DNA from: Asaia bogorensis
GTDB taxonomy: Bacteria > Pseudomonadota > Alphaproteobacteria > CACIAM-22H2
Assembly (NCBI GenBank): GCA_945901855.1
Contig: CAMDLT010000020.1
Location: 2,066 to 66,065 of the forward strand
Reading direction: 5' to 3'
Length of the DNA stretch: 64,000 nt
The notes under the pieces are model-generated. The model was not told where the DNA came from. It ran no database searches and saw nothing but the letters and a program-made list of their open reading frames with translations. Below are positions 28,035-37,272 of the stretch, in pieces (positions within the stretch are counted from its first letter, which is position 1; the number at the start of each line of letters is the position of its first letter). Position numbers and translations under genes: made by a program.

Positions 28035-29105
28035 CTAGATCCCGGATTTGCGCGCGGCTTCTTCGAGTTCGTCGATCATCTGCATGCCCGGGACGACCTC
28101 CGAGCGCACGAACTCGAGGCGCTTGTTGGGGCCGCCGCTGGCGGTTGGAAACCGGTCGCGCCATAGCTGCATTTTGACCGACAGCCCGCAGAGCACGCCG
28201 CCGATCGAGCGGTGGTTCGAGAACACCATATCCTTCATGCGGCTGAAGCTGTCGGCGTTGATATCTTTCCAGAAATCGGCGCTCTTGCGGTTAAAAGCTT
28301 CGAACCGGCCCGTCAACGAGATGATCACGCCCGACATCGAATCTCGGGTCTTGTCCAGCATCTGCTTGGACATGCGATCGCCCTTGATCATCTGGTTGTC
28401 GTCGAGCGGCTTGACCCAGTCGAGAAAACTTTGGACCTGGGGCACGACCTTGTCGAGGCACGAGCGGAAATAGGCCAGCGACAAAAACGTATCGCCGTAA
28501 TCTTCGAGGAAGCGCGGAATTTCGGTCAGCGGCACGTTCAGCTTTTGGGACATCATGCGCAGATTCTTGAGCGCATCGTCGCGATTGGGCGCGGTGAGCA
28601 GCTTCATGATGTCCGAAACGTCGTTCACCTCGAAATCCGCCGTGCCGTAGATCTGCTGTATCAACGGATGGGTAAACACCTTCATGTGTTGCGTAAGTTC
28701 TTGGCGTTTGCCTTCCGAAAGCTGCAATTCCTTGTTGACGTCGATATTGAGAGAGAGCGAACGCAGCGCAACGCGCAGCGTGTAGACGTCGAAAGACGGA
28801 ATGGCGCTCAGATTTTGCAGCAGCGGCATGTCCTTGCGCAGTTCGGTCGCACAGCTTTGGAAAACGCTGTGCAATGCGTCGAGGGGAACTTGCGCCGATT
28901 TGTGGCCTTGGTATTTGTAGAGTTCGACAACCGAATCGAGCCGCACGTTCTTTATGAGACGCAGCCTGCGCAACCCCGGCGTTTCGAGCGGGATAATGCT
29001 GAGGGGCAAGATATGAAGCGCATCTTGACCCTCCGCATCGTATTCGGCATTGGCAGCTTCGCCTGAAGCAGGCGTCGGACCATCGATCTTGGTGCTTTGT
29101 TCCAT
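28035..29105 (-). CDS. Hypothetical cytoplasmic protein, 356 aa; no recognisable domain; co-oriented directly downstream of the cheZ-like gene.
   Basis: Long ORF with protein-like composition. GC is lower here (about 57%) than in the flanks. 78-nt spacer to the cheZ-like gene on the same strand. Confidence 0.6.
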   Translation of the reverse strand: MEQSTKIDGPTPASGEAANAEYDAEGQDALHILPLSIIPLETPGLRRLRLIKNVRLDSVVELYKYQGHKSAQVPLDALHSVFQSCATELRKDMPLLQNLSAIPSFDVYTLRVALRSLSLNIDVNKELQLSEGKRQELTQHMKVFTHPLIQQIYGTADFEVNDVSDIMKLLTAPNRDDALKNLRMMSQKLNVPLTEIPRFLEDYGDTFLSLAYFRSCLDKVVPQVQSFLDWVKPLDDNQMIKGDRMSKQMLDKTRDSMSGVIISLTGRFEAFNRKSADFWKDINADSFSRMKDMVFSNHRSIGGVLCGLSVKMQLWRDRFPTASGGPNKRLEFVRSEVVPGMQMIDELEEAARKSGI

Positions 29106-29182
29106 GTTGAGCGCTTTTTACGCCGTAAGAGCCGTCAATACCAGCCCCGATCTTGGTCTGCGGTTGTTGGCGCGTCCGCGCA

Positions 29183-30076
29183 TCAGTCGAAAAGCTTGTC
29201 AATATCCGCCTGCGACGCCGTCGCGCCAGCAGTGGCGGGCGCGGGAGAGGGCGGCGCTGGCGGCGGCGTAGCTTGTTTGGCAGCTGCCGGGGGCGGGGCG
29301 GGCGCTGGGGCGGGTGTCGGCGGTGCTATGGGTGCGGGTGCGTCAAACCCTGCACCGGCCAACAGCGCGTCGATCTCATCTTGCGTGCGGCCTTGGCCGG
29401 GCATAGCCGGTCCATTCAACAGATGCGCATCGCCGCGGGTGTCGGCATTTGCATCGCGTTTTGCAACGCCGCCCGGCAGATTCTCGGCGCCCCAAATTTC
29501 GACCATCGCGTTGACGCGCTGGTCGATATAGCGAAGCGTGCTGACGACTTTGGAGATGCGCTGGCCGGTAATATCTTGGAACGAGCAGGCCGTAAAAATC
29601 TCGGTTGCTTGGTCGCTCAGCACCTGGCCTGCTTCGGCGCATTCGGTCGGAAGATTTCCGGCAACTTCCATAATGCGCTCGGCTGCATTGAGAATATCCG
29701 AGGTCGCGCGCTCGGTCGAAGCCACGATCATGTCGAGCTCGCTGGTCGCGCTGTTGATGCGGTTGTCGGTAACGGCGAGTTTCGGGTCCTTGTTGTAGAT
29801 CGAAGCGATTTCGGATTTTGCGGCCTGGATATGGGCGGCCATGCTTTGCAATTCGGCACGCAGCACATCGATGCTCTGGGTTTCCTTGGCACTCGACATT
29901 TGCTTGATCGTCCACTCGCGGAACGAGGCGGCGATGCGCCGCGCTTCGTCGAGCGCCACTACGCGCGAGCGCACGTCGCGGGCGCGCAAGAAGGCGCGGC
30001 CGCGCGTGCTGTTCAACAGCGCGTCCTCGATGGCGAAATATTCTTCGTCCGAAAGTTCGATCTTCGTCATTGGCAA
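29183..30076 (-). CDS. cheZ: CheZ-family CheY-P phosphatase homolog; orphan.
   Basis: The C-terminal half carries CheZ hallmarks: FTACSFQDITGQRISKV (the catalytic-Q FQDLTGQ motif), LLNGPAMPGQ (compare LLNGPQ) and a terminal DEIDALLAGAGFD (compare E. coli DDLLDSLGF). A Pro/Ala-rich linker lies near the C-terminus. Confidence 0.75.
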   Translation of the reverse strand: MPMTKIELSDEEYFAIEDALLNSTRGRAFLRARDVRSRVVALDEARRIAASFREWTIKQMSSAKETQSIDVLRAELQSMAAHIQAAKSEIASIYNKDPKLAVTDNRINSATSELDMIVASTERATSDILNAAERIMEVAGNLPTECAEAGQVLSDQATEIFTACSFQDITGQRISKVVSTLRYIDQRVNAMVEIWGAENLPGGVAKRDANADTRGDAHLLNGPAMPGQGRTQDEIDALLAGAGFDAPAPIAPPTPAPAPAPPPAAAKQATPPPAPPSPAPATAGATASQADIDKLFD

Positions 30077-30134
30077 CCTGCAGATAAAAGATGTGGCGTG
30101 ACGCGCAAGCTAGTCGGAATTGGCTAAGAACGGG

Positions 30135-31277
30135 TTAAAGTTTGCCCTCGATGGCGGCTCTGAAAATTCGCTCAAGGTCGCCATGCTCGACTTTGCAGGG
30201 ATTGCCGCCTGCCGACGGATCGGCCGCCGCCATCGCCCCGATTTCGGCCGCCCGCGACGTATCGATCCCCAGCATGGCGAGCGTGGGGGGAATTTTCAAC
30301 AGGTCGCGAAACTGCAAGACCCAAGCAAAGACCGTATCGAAATCGGCGCGCGGCAAATCGAGGGAACGCGACAAGTTCGGCATACGCGCGGCGATCGCAG
30401 CGCGATTGTGGCGCATGACATAAGGCAGCAAAATAGCGTTGGTCAGACCGTGATGCGTGTCGTAGACGGCACCGATCGGATGGGCAAGCGCGTGGACGGC
30501 GCCAAGCCCCTTTTGGAAGGCGACGGCACCCATGCTGGCGGCGGCCAGCATCTGCGCGCGCGCTTCGATGTCGGCGCCGTTGGCGACAGCGCGTGGCAGA
30601 AACTCTTTCACCAGGCGCATGCCTTCGAGCGCGATGCCATCGGCCATGGGATGGAATCCGGGCGCGCAATAGGCCTCGAAGCAATGCACGAACGCGTCGA
30701 CGCCCGTCGCGGCCGTCATATGCGCAGGCAGGCCAATGCTCAGTTCCGGATCGGCGATCACGATGCCGGGCATCATTTGTGGGTGAAAAATGATTTTTTT
30801 GACGTGCGCCGCCTCGTCGGTAATGACCGAAGCACGTCCGACTTCGGAGCCCGTGCCGGCGGTTGTCGGCACCGCGACGACCGGCACCATCGCGGCCGGA
30901 TCGACGCGCTTGAAATTATCGCCGACATCCTCGAAGTCCCAGAGCGGCCGCGTCTGGCGGGCCATCAGCGCGATGGCCTTCGCCGCATCGAGGCCCGATC
31001 CGCCGCCAAACGCGATAACGCCGTCATGCGCGCCCGCGCGCAAGGCCGCGACGCCGTCGGCAACGTTGGTACCCGTCGGGTTGCCGCGGACTTTGGCAAA
31101 AAGCGTCGCGCCCGAGAGGGCCAGCGCTTTTGCTACCATCGGCGTCGATGCAAGTCCTGCATCCGTGACCAGCAGCGCATTGGCAATGTGCAGGCGCTTG
31201 AGCGCTGCGGGCAATTCGTCCAACCGACCTGGCCCCGACCAGATTGTCGTGGGGTAGTTCCAATTGCCCTTTACCAT
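30135..31277 (-). CDS. Iron-containing (group III) alcohol dehydrogenase.
   Basis: 380 aa with the Fe-ADH family pattern (GGGSGLDAAKAIA, ...VAVPTTAGTGSE..., metal-binding His residues). Confidence 0.85.
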   Translation of the reverse strand: MVKGNWNYPTTIWSGPGRLDELPAALKRLHIANALLVTDAGLASTPMVAKALALSGATLFAKVRGNPTGTNVADGVAALRAGAHDGVIAFGGGSGLDAAKAIALMARQTRPLWDFEDVGDNFKRVDPAAMVPVVAVPTTAGTGSEVGRASVITDEAAHVKKIIFHPQMMPGIVIADPELSIGLPAHMTAATGVDAFVHCFEAYCAPGFHPMADGIALEGMRLVKEFLPRAVANGADIEARAQMLAAASMGAVAFQKGLGAVHALAHPIGAVYDTHHGLTNAILLPYVMRHNRAAIAARMPNLSRSLDLPRADFDTVFAWVLQFRDLLKIPPTLAMLGIDTSRAAEIGAMAAADPSAGGNPCKVEHGDLERIFRAAIEGKL

Positions 31278-31291
31278 CGCAGCCGCCCGCC

Positions 31292-32740
31292 TCAGATGAT
31301 TTCGAAATAGCGCTGCAGCTGCCAGTCGCTGATCGCTTTATTCGCCTCACGCTGTTCCCAGTCGCGGCTGGCGGCATAATGCGCGACGAATGGTTCGCCG
31401 AACAGGTCTTTGGCGACCGACGAGGCGGCCAATCGCGTCGCAGCTTCGCCCAACGTGCGCGGCAACTGCAATTCGGGCGGCGGAACCAGATCGTAGGCGT
31501 TGCCGACGACCGGGGCCGTCGGTTCGATCTTGTGCTCGATACCCCACAGTCCGGACCCAAGGGCCGCAGCAAGTGCGATGTAGGGATTGATATCGGCCGC
31601 GGCGACCCGGTATTCGACGCGCTGCGACTTCGGCGCGCCGGGGATTGCGCGTAGCGCCGTGGTGCGATTGTCGATGCCCCACAGCGCCGCTGTCGGGGCC
31701 CAGAAACCGGGGACAAGTCGCGTGTAGGAATTTACCGTGCAGGCCACCATGGCGAGCAACTCGGGCATCAGCTTTTGCTGGCCGCCGATGAAGTGGCGCA
31801 TCGTATCTGAAATGCCATGCGGCTTGGTTTCGTCGTGAAAGACGGGCCCACCGGCCGCGTTCTGCAGCGACAAATGCAGATGGCCCGACTGGCCCGGCCA
31901 GTCGTGCGACCATTTCGCCATGAATGTTGCCATACGATTTTGGCGTTGGGCGAAAACCTTGGCGAAGGTTTTGAACAAAGCGGCTTTGTCTGCGGCGGCG
32001 ACGATATCGTCGTAGAGCAGCGCCGCCTCGAGCACGCCCGCGCCCGTCTCGGTGTGCAGGCCTTCGATCGGCACGTCCATCGCGCGCATCGTGTCGAGCA
32101 GCGCGTGATAGAATTCCGCATGCACGGAACTGCGCAGCATCGAATAGCCAAAAGACCCGGGCGTAAGAGTCTTCAGGCCGCGATAGTTTTTCTCGCGCAC
32201 CGATACGGGCGTTTCCTCGAACACAAAGAATTCGAATTCCGCGGCTGCTTTGGCAGCAAGCCCCATGTCGGCCGCGCGCTGGACGACGCGCCGCAACGTG
32301 CCGCGCGGACAAACGGTTTCAGCCCGACCCGCAAATTCGGCCAGAAAAAGCAAGGTTGACGGCTCGAACGGGACCGCGCGGCAAGTCTCGGGCAGCACGC
32401 GAACCGGCGCGTCGGGATAGGCGGTGTGCCAGCCCGTGTATGTCGCGCAATCGTAAAGCTGGTCGTTCGAATCCCAGCCAAGCACAACGTCGCAAAATCC
32501 GAATCCGGTCTGCAGCACGGAGCGGAATTTCTCGCGCGACAGATATTTGCCGCGCATGACTCCGTCGATATCGAACAGACCGACTTTCACATTGTCGATT
32601 TTGCGCGCGTCCAGCAGGGCGGCGGCTTGTTCGGCAGTTTTGACGTCGCGGGGTCCGGTTGCGGGCTCCCGGTCGCCGGCCAGATCAGGCGGCACGGCGC
32701 AGATCCAGTCGGCTCCAGACATCAACCAGCGCCTCGACAA
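31292..32740 (-). CDS. Glutamine synthetase-family ligase (GlnA-like type; gamma-glutamyl-amine synthetase PuuA/GlnT-like).
   Basis: About 470 aa with GS catalytic-domain motifs. The annotated 5' end overlaps the hemA 3' end by 56 nt. The true start may be an internal GTG/ATG. Confidence 0.75.
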   Translation of the reverse strand: MSRRWLMSGADWICAVPPDLAGDREPATGPRDVKTAEQAAALLDARKIDNVKVGLFDIDGVMRGKYLSREKFRSVLQTGFGFCDVVLGWDSNDQLYDCATYTGWHTAYPDAPVRVLPETCRAVPFEPSTLLFLAEFAGRAETVCPRGTLRRVVQRAADMGLAAKAAAEFEFFVFEETPVSVREKNYRGLKTLTPGSFGYSMLRSSVHAEFYHALLDTMRAMDVPIEGLHTETGAGVLEAALLYDDIVAAADKAALFKTFAKVFAQRQNRMATFMAKWSHDWPGQSGHLHLSLQNAAGGPVFHDETKPHGISDTMRHFIGGQQKLMPELLAMVACTVNSYTRLVPGFWAPTAALWGIDNRTTALRAIPGAPKSQRVEYRVAAADINPYIALAAALGSGLWGIEHKIEPTAPVVGNAYDLVPPPELQLPRTLGEAATRLAASSVAKDLFGEPFVAHYAASRDWEQREANKAISDWQLQRYFEII

Positions 32741-33902
32741 GCTGATCCATCAGCCCATCGTCGTGGAAGGGGGTGGCGGTCAAACGCAGCCGTTGCGTGC
32801 CGCGCGGCACGGTCGGGAAATTGATCGGCTGGACATAGATCGATTTTCGCATCAGCAGTTCGTCGCTCGCCTGTTTGGCGAGGCGCGCGTCGCCGACGAG
32901 CAACGGCACGATGTGCGTGGCCGACGGCATCACCGGCAGTCCTGCTTGGACCAGCAACCGCTTGAGGCGTTCGGCGCGTTCGGCCAGTTTGGCGCGCGCG
33001 GCTTGGTCGCTTTTGAGATGGCGGATGGCGGCACGCGCACCGGCTGCCACGACCGGCGGCATCGAGCTCGAGAAAATGAAGCCGGGGGCCGTGCTGCGGA
33101 CAGCATCGCACAAAGCCGTCGAAGCCGCGATATAGCCGCCGACCACGCCAAAGCCCTTGGCGAGCGTGCCTTGCACAATGTCGAGGCGCGCTTGCGCGCC
33201 ATCGCGTTCGGCAATGCCGGCGCCGCGCGCGCCGTAAAGACCGACCGCATGCACTTCGTCGAGATACGTCATCGCATCGTATTTTTCGGCGAGGTCGCAA
33301 AACGCGTGGATCGGCGAAACGTCGCCGTCCATCGAATAGACGCTCTCGAACGCGATCAGCTTTGGGCGCGACGGTTCGATCGATTGGAGCTGGGCTTCGA
33401 GATCGGCCGCATCGTTGTGGCGAAAGACGAGTTTGTCCGCGCCCGAATGGCGAATGCCTTCGATCATCGAGGCGTGGTTGAGCGCATCGGACAAGATCAC
33501 GACGCCTGGCAGCAGCCGCCCGATCGCCGACAAAGCCGCCTCGTTGGCGTTGTAGCCGGAACTGAACACCAAGGCCGCCGGCTTGGCATGCAGATCGGCC
33601 AGTTCGCGCTCGAGCAAAACATGCTGGTGGTTGGTACCGGAGATGTTGCGCGTTCCGCCCGCACCGGCCCCGTTCGCGACGAGCGCCGCCTGCATGGCGG
33701 CAAGCGTGTCGGGATGCTGGCCCATGCCCAGATAGTCGTTCGAGCACCATACGACGATGTCGCGCGGTCCCTCCGGCGAATGCCAAGTCGCATGCGGAAA
33801 GGCGCCGCATTTGCGCTCGAGATCCGCAAACACGCGGTAGCGGCCTTCGGCCTTCAAAGCGCCGATGGTGTCGGAAAAATAGCGTTCATAGTCGCGTCGC
33901 AT
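32685..33902 (-). CDS. hemA: 5-aminolevulinate synthase (alpha-oxoamine synthase family, C4 haem pathway).
   Basis: 405 aa. Near-colinear similarity to Rhodobacter HemA: ...[17 protein letters not shown].....[16 protein letters not shown].....[13 protein letters not shown]...ELADLH...[10 protein letters not shown]...[17 protein letters not shown]. Confidence 0.85.
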   Translation of the reverse strand: MRRDYERYFSDTIGALKAEGRYRVFADLERKCGAFPHATWHSPEGPRDIVVWCSNDYLGMGQHPDTLAAMQAALVANGAGAGGTRNISGTNHQHVLLERELADLHAKPAALVFSSGYNANEAALSAIGRLLPGVVILSDALNHASMIEGIRHSGADKLVFRHNDAADLEAQLQSIEPSRPKLIAFESVYSMDGDVSPIHAFCDLAEKYDAMTYLDEVHAVGLYGARGAGIAERDGAQARLDIVQGTLAKGFGVVGGYIAASTALCDAVRSTAPGFIFSSSMPPVVAAGARAAIRHLKSDQAARAKLAERAERLKRLLVQAGLPVMPSATHIVPLLVGDARLAKQASDELLMRKSIYVQPINFPTVPRGTQRLRLTATPFHDDGLMDQLVEALVDVWSRLDLRRAA

Positions 33903-33922
33903 CGCCCCAGTCCCCCGAAATG

Positions 33923-35320
33923 TCAGTCAAAAAAACCTTTGGCGCGCGCAACTTCTGCACCCTCGGCAAGGCCCTTGGCAAAGCGCGCGAACAATTCATC
34001 TATCCCCGCCTCGTCGATAATCAATGGCGGGCACACCGCCACGCGATTGTCGAAGAGGCCGCGCACCATCAGCCCGTTGGCTTCGCAGGCTTTGGCGATC
34101 AAGGGGGCGACGGCTTGGCTTGGCTCGAACATCGTCTTGGTCGTTTTGTCTTTGGCAAGCTGCAGGCTGCCAATCAGCCCCACACCCGTGGCATGACCGA
34201 CGATCGGATGGTCGGCGAGTTTTTGGAGCGCGGCTTGGAAGCGCGGCGCTACGCGCCGGACATGGCCGACGATGTCGCGCTCTTCGTAGATGGCCAGCGT
34301 TTCGAGCGCGACAGCGGCAGGCACAGGGTGAGCCGTATAGGTGTAACCGTGCCCGAAAGTACCGATCTTCGCGCTGTTGGCCTGCATGGCCGCATAGATC
34401 GGCTCTGAAATCAGCACGGCCGAGATCGGCAAGTACGCCGACGACAGCGCTTTGGCGCAGGTCAAAATATCGGGCACGATGCCGTAAGTCTGGCTGCCCC
34501 ACATGTTGCCAGTGCGCCCGAAGCCGCAAATGACCTCGTCGGCGACCAGCAAGATGCCGTATTTTTTGAGTACGGCTTGGATCTTCGGGAAATAGCCCGC
34601 GGGCGGCACGATGACGCCGCCGGCCCCCATGACGGGCTCGGCAAACATCGCAATGATGGTTTCGGGATCTTCGGCCAAAATCAGTTTTTCGAGATTTTCG
34701 GCGAGCCGCGTCGAATACTGTTCCTCGGTTTCGCCCGGCAATCCGCCGCGATAGAAATCCGGCGTTTCCGCGTAAGCGACCGGGAAGATTGGTAGGTCAA
34801 AGTCTTTTTGATTTGCCGGAAGTTTGGTGAGCGATGCGGCCGCGATCGTCACGCCGTGATATGCCTTCTCTCGGCTCAAGATTTTTTTGCGCCTGGGCGT
34901 GCCCGCCGCGTTCGCGATGTACCAAAGAATCTTGATTGCCGTGTCGTTGGCTTCCGATCCCGAGTTGGCGAAGAAGACCTTCGACATGGGCACGGGCGCA
35001 AGTTCTTTGAGCTTTTCGGCAAGTGCGATGCCCGGCTCGTGCGACTTGCCGGCGAAGATATGGTAAAACGGCAATTGCCGCATTTGCTTGTGCGCAGCAT
35101 CCGCCAGGCGCGCCTCGTCGAAGCCAAGAGAAGCGCACCACAGGCCCGCCAAGCCCTCGATATAGGTCTTGCCATTGTCGTCGACGACATAGATGCCATG
35201 GCCCTTCGCCATGATGACTGGCCCATCGCTCTCGTGGGCGCGGAGATTCGTGTAGGGATGCACGAGCGCTGCAATGTCGCGCGCTGCCAGCGAGTTGCCG
35301 CGTGGGCGTAAGTCGTTCAT
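33923..35320 (-). CDS. Class-III (omega) aminotransferase, PLP-dependent (SpuC / beta-alanine-pyruvate transaminase-like).
   Basis: 465 aa. [19 protein letters not shown] and the Lys-containing TCAKALSS pattern. First gene of a minus-strand string that also contains hemA, the GS-like ligase and the Fe-ADH. Confidence 0.85.
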   Translation of the reverse strand: MNDLRPRGNSLAARDIAALVHPYTNLRAHESDGPVIMAKGHGIYVVDDNGKTYIEGLAGLWCASLGFDEARLADAAHKQMRQLPFYHIFAGKSHEPGIALAEKLKELAPVPMSKVFFANSGSEANDTAIKILWYIANAAGTPRRKKILSREKAYHGVTIAAASLTKLPANQKDFDLPIFPVAYAETPDFYRGGLPGETEEQYSTRLAENLEKLILAEDPETIIAMFAEPVMGAGGVIVPPAGYFPKIQAVLKKYGILLVADEVICGFGRTGNMWGSQTYGIVPDILTCAKALSSAYLPISAVLISEPIYAAMQANSAKIGTFGHGYTYTAHPVPAAVALETLAIYEERDIVGHVRRVAPRFQAALQKLADHPIVGHATGVGLIGSLQLAKDKTTKTMFEPSQAVAPLIAKACEANGLMVRGLFDNRVAVCPPLIIDEAGIDELFARFAKGLAEGAEVARAKGFFD

Positions 35321-35418
35321 CGGTTTGATCCCCCTTGGATACCAACTCTAGCGCAGCGAATACGAAGCTGTCGCGCGTAACAATGTTCTGATATTGTTCT
35401 ATCTATTGCCTATTTGAT

Positions 35419-35442
35419 CGGCAAATATCGTTTGATTTGCCG
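35419..35442. promoter_or_regulatory. Candidate operator: perfect 8-bp inverted repeat CGGCAAAT-N8-ATTTGCCG in the divergent promoter region between the aminotransferase and the second Dpp-type SBP gene.
   Basis: Read directly from the sequence. It is flanked by a TTTGAT direct repeat. Upstream lies a TGTTCT-N5-TGTTCT direct repeat (35384-35400). No cognate regulator gene was identified adjacent. Confidence 0.3.
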
Positions 35443-35586
35443 GCCGAACACGCTACGTAGGACGTAATCCGGCGCTCCGACTTGGCACGAAAGGTGCGTG
35501 GTCAAAGACCGGTGTTCTCCGGTTTTCGGCCGGAGAGCCTTTGGACAGACCCCCTCCCGCATTCGCGGGTGTTCACTGGAGGAAAA

Positions 35587-37194
35587 ATGAAAACCAAATC
35601 TCGTCTCGCGCAGGTAGCGTTCGCTGCCGCTGCGACCGGCGCCGTCGCCTTGGGCCTGCTGCCCGCTGCGGCCGACGCAAAAACCTTCCGCATGTCGGTT
35701 TCGGGCGACGCCAACACGATGGACCCGCATTCGCAGAATGCCGGCAACGTCACGCTGGTGCTGCGCCAAATCTACGAACCGCTCGTGCAGCGCGGCAAGA
35801 CGATGGAACTCCAGCCATCCTTGGCCGTGCGCTGGACCTTGATGGAGCCCACGCGCTGGCGCTTCAATTTGCGCCCGGACGTCAAATTCTCGAACGGCAA
35901 CGCCTTCGATGCGGACGACGTCGTCTTCTCGATCCAGCGGTCGCTGCACGAATTCTCGAACTACGGCATCTTCACCGACACGATCGCCGAGGCGCGCAAG
36001 ATCGATGCGCTGACGGTCGACATCATCACGAAGGTTCCCGATCCGGTGCTGATCGACAAGCTCACCCAAGTCTACATGATGGACAAGGAGTGGAGCGAAG
36101 CCAACAACGCCACGCGACCGCAGAACGTGCGCGGACGCGAAGACAGCTTCACCGGCCGCAACACGATGGGCACGGGTCCGTTCGTGCAGCGCAGCCGCGA
36201 GCCCGACGTTCGCACGGTGATGGTGCAGAACCCGACCTGGTGGAACAACGCAGCGCGCGAAGGCAACGTGACCGAACTCGTGTTCCAGCCGATCGCGTCG
36301 GCTGCGACGCGCACGGCCGCACTGCGTTCGGGCGAGATCGACTTCGTGCTCGACCCGCCGGTGCAGGACATCGCCCAGCTTGGCGCCGCGCCCGGCCTCA
36401 AGATCGTCTCGGGGCCCGAAGTGCGCACCATCTTCATCGCGTTCGACACCAGCCGCGACGAGCTGCTCTATTCGTCGGTCAAGGGCCGCAATCCGTTCAA
36501 GGACGTGCGCGTGCGCCTGGCCATGTACCACGCGATGAACATCGACGCGATCCACACGCGCGTGATGCGCGGCCAGTCGGTCAATACGGGTGCCCTCTAT
36601 CCCGATACGGTCACCGGCTACACCAAGACTTGGGACAAGCGCTATCCGTTCAACGTCGCCGAAGCGCGCAATCTGATGCGCCAGGCGGGATATCCGGACG
36701 GTTTCGAAATCACCTTCGACTGCCCGAACAACCGCTACATCAACGACGAGGCGATCTGCCAAGCGCTCGTCGCGATGTGGGTGCAGATCGGCGTCAAGGC
36801 GAACCTGAACGCGATGCCGCTTGCCACCTACTTCCCCAAGGTCCAGCGCGACGACACGTCGCTCTATCTGCTGGGCTGGGGCGTGCCCACGCTCGATGCG
36901 CTCTATTCGCTGCAGTCGCTGATCCGCACGCGCGACGGCCAGCCGGGCAACGGCATCTGGAACCATGGCCGCTTCTCGGATCCGGATTTCGACCGCGTCA
37001 TCGACGCGGTGAAGCTCGAAACGAACGTCGCCGCGCGCAACAAGCTTATCGACGAGTTCAACAAACTCTACCACGAGCGCGTGCCGCATCTGCCGCTGCA
37101 TCACCAGGTGATTCCGTGGGCGATGCGCTCGAACGTCGATCTCGTGCACAGCCCGCTCAACCAGCTCGAAGTCAAGTGGGTCAAGGTCAACTAG
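35587..37194 (+). CDS. ABC transporter substrate-binding protein, SBP family 5 (DppA/OppA/NikA-like).
   Basis: 535 aa from MKTKSRLAQVAFAAAATGAVALGLLPAAADA (Sec signal). GGAGGA RBS 6 nt upstream. Family-5 SBP pattern. It is the 3' part of track ORF 35482..37194 (TTG start). Confidence 0.85.
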   Translation: MKTKSRLAQVAFAAAATGAVALGLLPAAADAKTFRMSVSGDANTMDPHSQNAGNVTLVLRQIYEPLVQRGKTMELQPSLAVRWTLMEPTRWRFNLRPDVKFSNGNAFDADDVVFSIQRSLHEFSNYGIFTDTIAEARKIDALTVDIITKVPDPVLIDKLTQVYMMDKEWSEANNATRPQNVRGREDSFTGRNTMGTGPFVQRSREPDVRTVMVQNPTWWNNAAREGNVTELVFQPIASAATRTAALRSGEIDFVLDPPVQDIAQLGAAPGLKIVSGPEVRTIFIAFDTSRDELLYSSVKGRNPFKDVRVRLAMYHAMNIDAIHTRVMRGQSVNTGALYPDTVTGYTKTWDKRYPFNVAEARNLMRQAGYPDGFEITFDCPNNRYINDEAICQALVAMWVQIGVKANLNAMPLATYFPKVQRDDTSLYLLGWGVPTLDALYSLQSLIRTRDGQPGNGIWNHGRFSDPDFDRVIDAVKLETNVAARNKLIDEFNKLYHERVPHLPLHHQVIPWAMRSNVDLVHSPLNQLEVKWVKVN

Positions 37195-37272
37195 GATGAT
37201 CCGACCCGCCTCGGGCGCCAAGCGCGGCGCTCGAGGCGTCGTCGCCCTCGAACGCAAAACGGCATCTTCGAC

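Noticed and set aside
29206-29345. Short-period GC-rich repeats (gcgggcgctgg / ggcggcgg)
   Set aside because: They encode the PAPAPAPAPPPAAA low-complexity linker of the CheZ-like protein. This is not a CRISPR array or a non-coding tandem repeat.
29097-30127. Plus-strand ORFs (144 aa and 324 aa) opposite the cheZ-like gene
   Set aside because: Gly/Arg/Ala-rich translations opposite a gene with strong CheZ motifs, so these are shadows. The Pro-Ala repeat in CheZ gives GGCGG-type repeats on the opposite strand.
31292-32740. Possibility that the GS-like gene is a pseudogene because it overlaps hemA by 56 nt
   Set aside because: The catalytic-domain frame is intact over about 470 aa. The overlap more plausibly reflects an internal GTG/ATG start than gene decay.
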